Part shown: positions 7,965 through 16,390 of the stretch, piece by piece
Numbering within the stretch: position 1 is the first letter of the stretch
Layout of the letters: every line of letters begins with the position of its first letter
Source: Erysipelotrichaceae bacterium OH741_COT-311
GTDB taxonomy: Bacteria; Bacillota_I; Bacilli_A; Erysipelotrichales; Erysipelotrichaceae
Assembly (NCBI GenBank): GCA_003858585.1
Contig: RQZE01000003.1
Coordinates: 90,001 to 122,000 of the forward strand
Direction: 5' to 3'
DNA length: 32,000 nt
The notes under the pieces: model-generated
Databases searched by the model: none
What the model was told of the DNA's origin: nothing
What the model saw: only the letters and a program-made list of their open reading frames with translations
Made by a program: the position numbers and the translations under genes

Positions 7965-8900
7965 ATGAGTGTTATTTCTATCGTAATACCAGCGTATAAT
8001 GAAGCTGAAAACATCCAAGAAATATATGAAAGAATTTCTAAAGAATTTTCAATGTTAAAGGAAGACTTTGAAGTTATTTTTGTGGATGATGGAAGTAAAG
8101 ATGAAACCTTCTTTAGAATTTCAACATTAACACTCAATCATAAAAATGTTATTGGTGTTAAATTTTCACGTAACTTTGGAAAAGAAGCTGCTATTTTTGC
8201 CGGACTTCATCAAGCAAGTGGCGATGCGACTATTGTCATGGATGCCGATATGCAACATCCTGTTACTTTACTTCATGATATGGTAGATAAATGGCAACAA
8301 GGGTATCTCATTGTAGAAGCTCGTAAAATGAAACGTCAAAATGAAAGTGCAATGTATCGTTTCTTTTCAAAACTGTTTTACAAAATATTAAATCGTATGG
8401 CTGGTATTGAGTTAAATAATCTATCTGATTTTAAGTTGTTAGATCGAAAAGCCTATCAAATGATTTCAAAGCTTACAGAAAAGCAAACCTTCTTTCGTGC
8501 TTTAAGTGGATGGATGGGTTATCGTACTTGTTTTATTGATTTTGAAGTAGCTGATCGTTTGCATGGTCAAACAAGTTGGTCGATGAAAGGTCTTTTTAAG
8601 TATGCCATCAATAACATTACGTCGTTTAGTTCATTGCCATTGCATTTGGTAACAGTAATGGGCTTTATCTTTTTTGTTTTCGCAATGCTTTTAGGGGTAC
8701 ATACCTTATATAACTATTTTGCAGGTGATGCGGTAAGTGGGTTTACGACTGTTATTTTAGTGTTGTTAATCTTGGGTGCTGTACTTATGACAGCTTTGGG
8801 AATTATTGGGCATTATTTGGCTAAAATTTATGATGAATTAAAAAATCGTCCTCGTTATATTATCGAAGAAATAAAAGGTGTAAACTATGGTGAAGATTAG
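7965..8900 (+). CDS. GT2 polyprenyl-phosphate glycosyltransferase (GtrB/CsbB-like)
   Basis: Motifs MSVISIVIPAYNEAENI, VIFVDDGSKDET, KFSRNFGKEAAIFAG and VMDADMQHP. The C-terminal TM pair ends LGIIGHYLAKIYDELKNRPRYIIEE. The upstream part of track ORF 7893.. overlaps GtrA and lacks an RBS. GTGAGGG lies before ATG 7965. Confidence 0.85.
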   Translation: MSVISIVIPAYNEAENIQEIYERISKEFSMLKEDFEVIFVDDGSKDETFFRISTLTLNHKNVIGVKFSRNFGKEAAIFAGLHQASGDATIVMDADMQHPVTLLHDMVDKWQQGYLIVEARKMKRQNESAMYRFFSKLFYKILNRMAGIELNNLSDFKLLDRKAYQMISKLTEKQTFFRALSGWMGYRTCFIDFEVADRLHGQTSWSMKGLFKYAINNITSFSSLPLHLVTVMGFIFFVFAMLLGVHTLYNYFAGDAVSGFTTVILVLLILGAVLMTALGIIGHYLAKIYDELKNRPRYIIEEIKGVNYGED

Positions 8901-9849
8901 TGTTATTGTTCCTGTTTATAATGTAGAACAATATTTAAGGACTTGTTTTGATTCTTTAGTGGTTCAAACCTTTAGGGATTTTGAAGTGATTGTTGTCAAT
9001 GATGGAACTAAAGATCAAAGTCAAATCATTATTGATGACTATGTGGCAAAAGATTCACGTTTTAAGAGTTATATAAAAGAAAATGGTGGCTTAAGCGATG
9101 CTCGTAATTATGGCATTGCAAAAGCAAGTGGAGAGTATTTCTTTTTCTTAGACAGTGATGATTCTTTAGTGGAACATGCATTGGAATTTCTTTATCAAAA
9201 AGCAATCATTAGTGAAAGTGATTTGGTGATATGTGGTTATCATGAATTAAAAGCAACAGGAATTTATGATGTAATATATCCACATGAACTAACGGCTGTT
9301 TCTTTAAAAAGTCATCCTGAAATTTTAAATGTACTTCCACATTGTGCATGGAATAAACTATATCACAAAGAACTTTTTGAAACCATTCGTTTTCCAAAAG
9401 GACTTTATTTTGAAGATAGTGGCACATCACCACTTATTTACTTAAAAGCAAAACGTATTAGTTATTTGCCCCTGCCTTTGGTTAACTACTTAGTAGATCG
9501 ACCAGGTAACATTACTACAACGGTAAGTCCTAAAATCTTAGATGTCATTGATAATTTAGAAATTGTGAATCAGTTTTATATACAAGAACATGTTTTCAAA
9601 GAGTATTATAAAGCTTTACGTTTATTTAATATTCGTTTAATTTATGATAACTTATGGAAATTAAAGTATACGAAAGAGAAAGCTTTTATTAAGAAGATGT
9701 TTGATCGTTGTTTTGCGCATTTAGATGTCTATTTTAAAGATTGGCGTAAAGATTCCTATTTCAAAAGTCATTCTTTGAAAGAATTTATTAGAAATGTTAT
9801 TTGCAGAAACAAGTACTTGTATGCATTAAGATTAAAAAAAGGAGAGTAA
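8887..9849 (+). CDS. GT2-family glycosyltransferase (soluble, repeat-unit type)
   Basis: Motifs ISVIVPVYNVEQYL, VIVVNDGTKDQS, ENGGLSDARNYG and GEYFFFLDSDD (DxD). Confidence 0.8.
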   Translation: MVKISVIVPVYNVEQYLRTCFDSLVVQTFRDFEVIVVNDGTKDQSQIIIDDYVAKDSRFKSYIKENGGLSDARNYGIAKASGEYFFFLDSDDSLVEHALEFLYQKAIISESDLVICGYHELKATGIYDVIYPHELTAVSLKSHPEILNVLPHCAWNKLYHKELFETIRFPKGLYFEDSGTSPLIYLKAKRISYLPLPLVNYLVDRPGNITTTVSPKILDVIDNLEIVNQFYIQEHVFKEYYKALRLFNIRLIYDNLWKLKYTKEKAFIKKMFDRCFAHLDVYFKDWRKDSYFKSHSLKEFIRNVICRNKYLYALRLKKGE

Positions 9850-9850
9850 T

Positions 9851-10837
9851 ATGGTGGAAGTTAGTATTTTATTACCGGTATACAATGGGGAATCCACCAT
9901 TGCGAGAACTTTACACTCCTTAATTCATCAAACCTATAAGGATATTGAAATAATTGTTGTGGATGATGGATCAACAGATCAAACAAAAAAGATTGTACAA
10001 GATATGAATGATGCACGTATCCGATATTTTTATAAAGAGAATGGTGGGATTGCATCTACTCGTAACTATGCAATATCCAAGGCAACTGGAACATATATTA
10101 GTTTTATTGATGCGGATGATTATATGGAGTTGGATACCATTGCTTCCTTAGTCAAAAAAGCCAAGGAAGATGATAGTGATATGGTGGTTTGTGAGTATCG
10201 TTTTGTTTACGAAGCACATCAGCAAGACATGCAGAGTTATGATTTTAAACCAATTTCACTGAAAGAAGATTCAAGTCTTTTATATCGCATTATGCCTCAG
10301 TTTTGGAATAAGTTAATAAAGCGTGAATGTTTCATGCAGTTAGATACAAGGTTTCCGGAAGGTCTTGTATTTGAGGATTTATATTTATTTGCTTGTATGA
10401 TTCCTTGGGTTAGAAAAGTTAGTAAATTAAATAAGGTACTTATAAATTATGTGCAATTGGAAGGTTCGATTATGTCCAATGCACGTAATATTAAACCAAC
10501 GATTTATGATTTTAGTAAGGTATGTTACGCTATCTATCAATATTATCAAAGCCATCATCTTATGCAGTATTCCTTAGAACTTGAAACTTTGTTTGTGTTA
10601 AATGCTCGTGAGTTGGTAGATGCGATATTTAAAAACAAAATGCTTGCAAAAGAAGATAAGATTAAGGTAATTACGGATTTATTATCTGTAGTAAATCAAT
10701 ATTATCCAAAGTGGTATCGCAATAAGGCATATCGAAGTGTATATCGTAAGGGTATGCTTTATAACTATAAGCGTTATATCATTGATTATTTATTAACATG
10801 TAATATACGTTTTGTTGTAACACACATAGTAAAGTAG
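9851..10837 (+). CDS. GT2-family glycosyltransferase (soluble)
   Basis: Motifs VSILLPVYNGESTI, IIVVDDGSTDQT, ENGGIASTRNYA and YISFIDADD. AGGAG RBS. Confidence 0.8.
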   Translation: MVEVSILLPVYNGESTIARTLHSLIHQTYKDIEIIVVDDGSTDQTKKIVQDMNDARIRYFYKENGGIASTRNYAISKATGTYISFIDADDYMELDTIASLVKKAKEDDSDMVVCEYRFVYEAHQQDMQSYDFKPISLKEDSSLLYRIMPQFWNKLIKRECFMQLDTRFPEGLVFEDLYLFACMIPWVRKVSKLNKVLINYVQLEGSIMSNARNIKPTIYDFSKVCYAIYQYYQSHHLMQYSLELETLFVLNARELVDAIFKNKMLAKEDKIKVITDLLSVVNQYYPKWYRNKAYRSVYRKGMLYNYKRYIIDYLLTCNIRFVVTHIVK

Positions 10838-10843
10838 GTATAT

Positions 10844-11806
10844 ATGAAATTAAGTGTAATTATTCCGATTTATAATGTAGAGGTATATCTACCGGCATGT
10901 TTGAATTGCTTAGTGAAACATCCTTGTCAAGATATTGAGTTTATATTGGTAAATGATGGATCATTGGATAATAGCGATAAGATTATGGAAGAATATGCTC
11001 GTAAAGATGCACGTTTCGTATTGTTGTTTAAAGAAAATGGCGGGTTAAGTGATGCTCGTAATTATGCTTTGCCATACGCTCAAGGAGAGTATTTATTTTT
11101 CTTAGACAGTGATGATCTTATTCGTGATGATGCGATTGATTTAATTTTAAAGGCGATTGAACAAGAACAAAGTGACTTGATTGTTTTTGATATGGAATTT
11201 TTCTGGGAAGATTCTGATCAAAGAAAACGTATACCGGGTATGGTAAAAAAAAGTGATCAAAGTGTTAAAAATCTTTTATTAGCTACTCCTTCCGCATGTA
11301 ATAAAGTTTTTAAAAAAGAATTTATTGTAAACAATCCATTTCCGAAAGGAATGTTTTATGAAGATTTAGCAAGTATCCCGATGAATTATCCACGATTAAA
11401 GAAGATTACATATATAGAAGAAGCTTTGTATCTGTATCGTCAACGTAGTGGTTCGATTATTTATACATTCAATGATAAGGCTTTAGATATTTTTGAATGT
11501 TTTCGTCGCATTTTAACGTTTTATAAACAACATGGTTATTTTCAGCAATATGCAGAAGAATTAGAGTTTTTAATGATTGAACATGTTCTTTTGTATGCAA
11601 ATCGTCGTTTTTTACATAGTAAACAAGCCTCTAACTACATCCATAAAAGTTATCAATTTTACAAACAATATTTCTATCATTATAAAAAAAATAAATATTA
11701 TTCTTTATTAAGTCATAATGATAGAGTATTTATACAGTTAGCTACTTCCAATGTTACACTATTGAAGGTTGTTGTAGCATTGAAGCAGTGGTTAAAAAGG
11801 AGTTAA
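10844..11806 (+). CDS. GT2-family glycosyltransferase (soluble), paralogue of 8887..9849
   Basis: Motifs LSVIIPIYNVEVYL, FILVNDGSLDNS, ENGGLSDARNYA and GEYLFFLDSDD. Same length (320 aa) as 8887..9849. Confidence 0.8.
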   Translation: MKLSVIIPIYNVEVYLPACLNCLVKHPCQDIEFILVNDGSLDNSDKIMEEYARKDARFVLLFKENGGLSDARNYALPYAQGEYLFFLDSDDLIRDDAIDLILKAIEQEQSDLIVFDMEFFWEDSDQRKRIPGMVKKSDQSVKNLLLATPSACNKVFKKEFIVNNPFPKGMFYEDLASIPMNYPRLKKITYIEEALYLYRQRSGSIIYTFNDKALDIFECFRRILTFYKQHGYFQQYAEELEFLMIEHVLLYANRRFLHSKQASNYIHKSYQFYKQYFYHYKKNKYYSLLSHNDRVFIQLATSNVTLLKVVVALKQWLKRS

Positions 11807-11807
11807 T

Positions 11808-12968
11808 ATGAAAAAACAAATCTTAATTGTCAATGATGAAATGGTTATGGGTGGTGTAGCTCGTGTTTTAAATAATATGTTAAAGTATTTAAATTACGAA
11901 AAATATGATATTGATGTATTAATTTTACACAAACATGGGGAATTACTAAAAGATATTGATTCTAGAGTTCGTGTGTTAGAAGAAGGAACATTTTTTCATG
12001 TGTGTGATCTCTCTTTGAAAGATGCACTTAAAAGTAAAAAAATAACATTGATAATTAAGAAATTATATTTTTTATTCTTGATGAAAAGTGGGCTTATTAA
12101 AAATGTTATTGCTCAAAAACGTAAGAGTATCTTAAAAAAGAAATACGATGTTGAAATTGCTTATAAAGAAGGCTTTTGTACCATCTTTACAGCTTATGGC
12201 GATAGTATAAAGAAAGTGAATTGGGTTCATGTAGATTATAAACAGCACAACTATTCTAAGCATCACATGAAGCTTATGAAAGATGCGTTAAGTAAGATAG
12301 ATGTTATGGTGACTTTAACAAAACAAGCTATGGATAGTTACAATGAAGTTTTTCAGATGCAACGTGATTTTTTCATTATTAATAATTTTATTGATGTTGA
12401 AAAGATAAAAAAACTGGCATTAGAACCTTATCAATATCCAACGGATGATTTTACGATTATTTCAATCGGGCGTTTGCATTTTCAAAAAGCTTATCCACGA
12501 ATAATGAATGTAATACAGCGTTTAAAAGAAGATGGACTTACATTTAAGGTGTACATTTTAGGTGATGGTCCAGATAAAGATACCTTATATCGTTTAATAA
12601 AGGAGTATCAAATACAAAATTATGTTGAAATCCTTGGCTTTGATAGCAATCCTTTTAAATACATTGCCAATGCAGATTTATTTTTATTACAATCGCTATA
12701 TGAAGGAGCACCAACGGTAATCTATGAAGCATTAACCGTGAATACAACTCCCATCTTATCTACAGATGTTTCTGGGGTTAAAGAGCAGTTAAACAATGGA
12801 GAATATGGTATGATTTGTAGTAATGATGAAGAAGGCTTATATACATCGTTAAAACAAATTCTAAAGGGTGAAATTGATTTAGAGCATTATAAAAAGACGA
12901 TGAAACAATATCGCAATACAAATGAAATTTCATTAAAACAAATAGAATCGATTTTTGATGAAGCATAA
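11808..12968 (+). CDS. GT4 (group 1) glycosyltransferase
   Basis: C-terminal GT-B motif with E-x7-E: LLQSLYEGAPTVIYEALTVNTTPILSTDVSG. Also ISIGRLHFQKAY. AGGAG RBS. Confidence 0.8.
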   Translation: MKKQILIVNDEMVMGGVARVLNNMLKYLNYEKYDIDVLILHKHGELLKDIDSRVRVLEEGTFFHVCDLSLKDALKSKKITLIIKKLYFLFLMKSGLIKNVIAQKRKSILKKKYDVEIAYKEGFCTIFTAYGDSIKKVNWVHVDYKQHNYSKHHMKLMKDALSKIDVMVTLTKQAMDSYNEVFQMQRDFFIINNFIDVEKIKKLALEPYQYPTDDFTIISIGRLHFQKAYPRIMNVIQRLKEDGLTFKVYILGDGPDKDTLYRLIKEYQIQNYVEILGFDSNPFKYIANADLFLLQSLYEGAPTVIYEALTVNTTPILSTDVSGVKEQLNNGEYGMICSNDEEGLYTSLKQILKGEIDLEHYKKTMKQYRNTNEISLKQIESIFDEA

Positions 12969-12987
12969 AGAAGGAGTATTCATAAAA

Positions 12988-14526
12988 ATGATGAACAGAT
13001 TAAAAAAACCAGAAGTCATGAAATATAGTTTAATGATTTTTATGATACTTCAACCAATTATAGAATTGGACTTGTATTTACAAGAATTTTATAATCAACT
13101 TTCTATTTTATCGTTATCGACATTAATACGTATAGTAGGAGTTGTATTGTTAGCTTTTTTAGCTCTTTTACAGAGTAAGCATTGGAAAAAAGAGTTTATA
13201 CTTTGGTCGCTTTATGGAGTTCTTTTAGCGATGTATACTTTCTTTCACTTTAAATATAGTCGAGATGCCATTGTACTATTACCACAAACCTATCAATGGG
13301 TTGGTAGTTTTGAATTAAAATATTTAATCTTTCTTGTACTTCCTTACTTACTGATGTATAGTATGCATCGAATAAAATTTAGCAAACAAGAAATCAATAC
13401 GATAGTGTTATTTGTTTCGATGTTTATTAGTCTAAATATTTTTATTTCTAATCTATTAGTAAGTTCTTATGGCAGTTATGGAAGTATTACTTATCAAAAT
13501 ATCTTTACGTGGTTTACCGATATTTATGCTAGTTATACTCCAAGAGAATTAACATCAATTGGTTTTTACTTTTTTGCCAATCCAATTGGTGGGTTATTAT
13601 TTATTTTATTTCCGTTATTAATCAAAGCGTTTTATGAAGAAAAAGCAAAGTGGCTTTATCTAGTAGCGATTGTTATACAAATGCTTACAATGTTTATGAT
13701 TGGTTCTAAAGTTGCCTCTTATGGGGTTGTTTTATGTTTATTAAGTGGAATTATCCTTAATCTTTTCTTTGTAATCATAAAACAGATTACATTACAAAAG
13801 ATGTTTATTATTTCTTTAATACTATTACTTTTTTCATCCATCATCATCTTGCCAAAGTCGCCAGCTTATGTAAATGCAAGTTTTGATTATGAAGATGAGT
13901 TTGGTTTTGCAAGTAATGAGCGTGATTTAAAAAATTCGTTAGAGGAATTAAGTAAGATTGAGGATGAAAAAGAGTATAAATATGCTTTGATTCATCGTTT
14001 AGAAACCATTTATATCTATTATTTAACATTTCCAAGAGAGTATTACGAGTATTATTATCCATACCAATATGATCCAGAATTTTATTTTGATGTATTAAGC
14101 TTACCATTTGAACAAAGAAAAGGTGGGCGTCAATTTCAAAGATACTTTATGACAGTGAAATTCAATGAATTAAAAAATCATGAAAAATATTTTGGTTTAG
14201 GGTATTCTAAGATGTCGCAAGGCGGAATTATTTTAGAGCAAGATTTCTTCCGTCAATACTATGTATTAGGTTCTTTAGGAGTTATTTTATTTACAGGACC
14301 ATATTTAATTATTTGGTTTGGGTTAGGAATTGTAATGTTGATTAAGATTAGAAACAAGAAGTATTTTAATTATGAAAATACAGTGTTATTCTTATCGTAT
14401 TCTTTAGCCATGATTACATCCTATTACAGTGGACATATTCTAGATGAACCAATCGTATCATTATTTATTGCTTGGATTGCAGGTATGTTATTTTCAAATT
14501 ATATGGAGGATCACCATGAAGCTTAG
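12988..14526 (+). CDS. Wzy / O-antigen-ligase-like polytopic membrane protein (putative polymerase)
   Basis: More than 10 TM helices, a large loop (about aa 300-420) and the block YFGLGYS..GGIILEQDFFRQYYVLGSLGVILF, which resembles the O-antigen-ligase domain. AAGGAG (12971-12976) precedes ATG 12988, so the track start 12955 is probably too early. Confidence 0.6.
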   Translation: MMNRLKKPEVMKYSLMIFMILQPIIELDLYLQEFYNQLSILSLSTLIRIVGVVLLAFLALLQSKHWKKEFILWSLYGVLLAMYTFFHFKYSRDAIVLLPQTYQWVGSFELKYLIFLVLPYLLMYSMHRIKFSKQEINTIVLFVSMFISLNIFISNLLVSSYGSYGSITYQNIFTWFTDIYASYTPRELTSIGFYFFANPIGGLLFILFPLLIKAFYEEKAKWLYLVAIVIQMLTMFMIGSKVASYGVVLCLLSGIILNLFFVIIKQITLQKMFIISLILLLFSSIIILPKSPAYVNASFDYEDEFGFASNERDLKNSLEELSKIEDEKEYKYALIHRLETIYIYYLTFPREYYEYYYPYQYDPEFYFDVLSLPFEQRKGGRQFQRYFMTVKFNELKNHEKYFGLGYSKMSQGGIILEQDFFRQYYVLGSLGVILFTGPYLIIWFGLGIVMLIKIRNKKYFNYENTVLFLSYSLAMITSYYSGHILDEPIVSLFIAWIAGMLFSNYMEDHHEA

Positions 14527-15484
14527 TATTATTGTACCTTGCTATAACAGTGAAAAATTTATTGCCAAAACTATGGATTCTTTATTAAAACAAACTTATC
14601 AGGAATTTAAAATTATTGCGATTGATGATGGTTCTAGCGACAATACACTAGATATTTTAAAAGAATATGCTCAAAAAGATGCAAGGGTACAGGTCTATTA
14701 TAAAGAAAATGGTGGGATTGCATCTGCTAGAAATTATGGGCTATCTTTGGTTGATACAGAGTATTTTGGCTTTTTAGATAGTGATGATTATGTCAAAGAC
14801 GATTGGCTAAAGGCAATGATGCAGAAGATAGAAGAAGATCAATCTGACCTTGTTGTTTGTGGATTTACATGGACATATACTTATAAAAAAAAGAAAGATT
14901 ATGTCACGTTAGAAGGACCATATAAACCAAAACAAGAAATGATGCTTCAACTGTTTGCAACGTTGTGGAATAAGATTTATCGAACACAATTTATTAAAGA
15001 GACAAGTTTACTTTTTCCGGATGGTTATCGCTATGAAGATGCTTCCTTTTTATATCGTTTAGTACCATTTGTAAGTAAGGTTTCTTTTGTAGAAAAACCC
15101 TATATCTTCTATGTGCAACATCCTGCTTCTATTACACATACGCACAATGAAAAAGTAAAAGATATGATTCATGTCTTTGAAGATATTTTAGCGTTTTATC
15201 ATCAAAAAAAGCTTTATGAAGAATACAAACAAGAATTAGAATATATATTTATACGCTTCTTTTTAGGTAATTCCTTTTTACGTAGTGTGCAAATCAAAGA
15301 CAAACCAGATCGTAAACTTACTTTAGATTTAAGTTTTAAGATTCTTCAAGATAATTTTCCAAATTGGAAAAAGAATTATTACTTAAATCATTTAGGTGGT
15401 TTAAAGAATATTTATTATAAGTTAGTGAATCGTTATAATTATTGGGTATTCGCCTCAATTTTTACATGTTTAAAACGAAAATAA
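14516..15484 (+). CDS. GT2-family glycosyltransferase (soluble), paralogue of 9851..10837
   Basis: Motifs MKLSIIVPCYNSEKFI, IIAIDDGSSDNT, ENGGIASARNYG and FGFLDSDD. GGAGG precedes ATG 14516. The 5' extension of the track ORF (14444) is just the tail of the upstream gene read in another frame. Confidence 0.8.
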   Translation: MKLSIIVPCYNSEKFIAKTMDSLLKQTYQEFKIIAIDDGSSDNTLDILKEYAQKDARVQVYYKENGGIASARNYGLSLVDTEYFGFLDSDDYVKDDWLKAMMQKIEEDQSDLVVCGFTWTYTYKKKKDYVTLEGPYKPKQEMMLQLFATLWNKIYRTQFIKETSLLFPDGYRYEDASFLYRLVPFVSKVSFVEKPYIFYVQHPASITHTHNEKVKDMIHVFEDILAFYHQKKLYEEYKQELEYIFIRFFLGNSFLRSVQIKDKPDRKLTLDLSFKILQDNFPNWKKNYYLNHLGGLKNIYYKLVNRYNYWVFASIFTCLKRK

Positions 15485-15491
15485 ACTGAAG

Positions 15492-15533
15492 CAACAATGC
15501 ATGCTATTTATAACAAGTGACATTGTTGTTTTT
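15492..15533 (+). terminator. Possible intrinsic terminator (weak)
   Basis: CAACAATG (15492-15499) pairs with CATTGTTG (15521-15528), followed by TTTTT. The 21-nt loop is unusually large. Confidence 0.4.
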
Positions 15534-16365
15534 ATATTATACATGATAATATTTGAGAATAAAGTTTTCTCATTTAAGGTATAAACATAGCATTTTGTAA
15601 AAAAAAGTTAAACAAGATAAAACTTCAAAGGAAGAAACACCCAAAAAAGGAATTGTAACGTTTATATCGGCAAAGAAAGAGCCATAATGAATGATATTTT
15701 AATGATGAACGGATAATACTTATTTAAAGGATATGAAAATAAATTAAAATATCTTTGATACATTCCAACAGGTATAAACGATTCTTAAGTTGGAATAAGT
15801 TATCCAACTAAAAGTTAATGAAGCATATCAATAATTAAAGTTAGCTGATGAGAAGTTAAATGATGTTTCTTTAAAGAAAAATAGAATTCAAAAGATGTAA
15901 GTGTTCATAAACGATAACACATATTATAGGTTTACATAGTGAAGTTGGAAATACAGAAAACTATTTAGACCATATTGCTGTAAATGGAATTGAGATATAT
16001 TTACTTGATCATCAATATAGTTAAAAGATAAAAATTCAAGGTAACATTTCATTCTTTAAGTTGTATGCTGTTCTTTATTAACGGATGAGTTGGTTGAGAA
16101 TCGTAAGTTTGCAATTCGTGGATTTATTAAGCAAACTAATAGAGTAACAATTGAAAATATACAATTTGTAGATATTAACATTGAAAATACAAATACAGGA
16201 GAAAGTTTATAGGACTTACATACTTTAAAAACTTGCTAAGCAACAAGTGCAAACAATTTCTTGATACATTGAAGTAAAGTTTTAAATAATCATATTTAAG
16301 ATTTTTTCTTAGAAGTATAAAATTAAGGTTATTTTGGTATTTTAGTCGAATTAATATAGTAAAAA

Positions 16366-16374
16366 TGCTATAAT
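16366..16374 (+). promoter_or_regulatory. Extended -10 promoter element (TGCTATAAT)
   Basis: TGnTATAAT at 16366-16374 with no good -35. It lies only 17 nt upstream of the likely TTG start at 16391, so the leader would be very short. The same 11-mer ATGCTATAATT recurs at 27488-27498. Confidence 0.35.
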
Positions 16375-16390
16375 TTTTAAGGTGATTTAT

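Larger units (their letters stand above)
15485..16381. other. ORF-free AT-rich spacer of about 0.9 kb between two operons; possibly decayed coding sequence and/or a long leader
   Basis: The supplied six-frame track has no ORF on either strand here. By eye there are only short protein-like fragments interrupted by stops, e.g. frame ending at 16212: LTDELVENRKFAIRGFIKQTNRVTIENIQFVDINIENTNTGESL*. Confidence 0.7.

Noticed and set aside
15763-15808. Alternative hairpins (TTCCAAC/GTTGGAA versus GTTGGA/TCCAAC) as a terminator-antiterminator riboswitch or attenuator.
   Set aside because: The stems are only 6-7 bp and AT-rich. No U-tract follows the downstream hairpin. The nearest downstream start codon is about 580 nt away. 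It is kept only as a minor note within the spacer finding.
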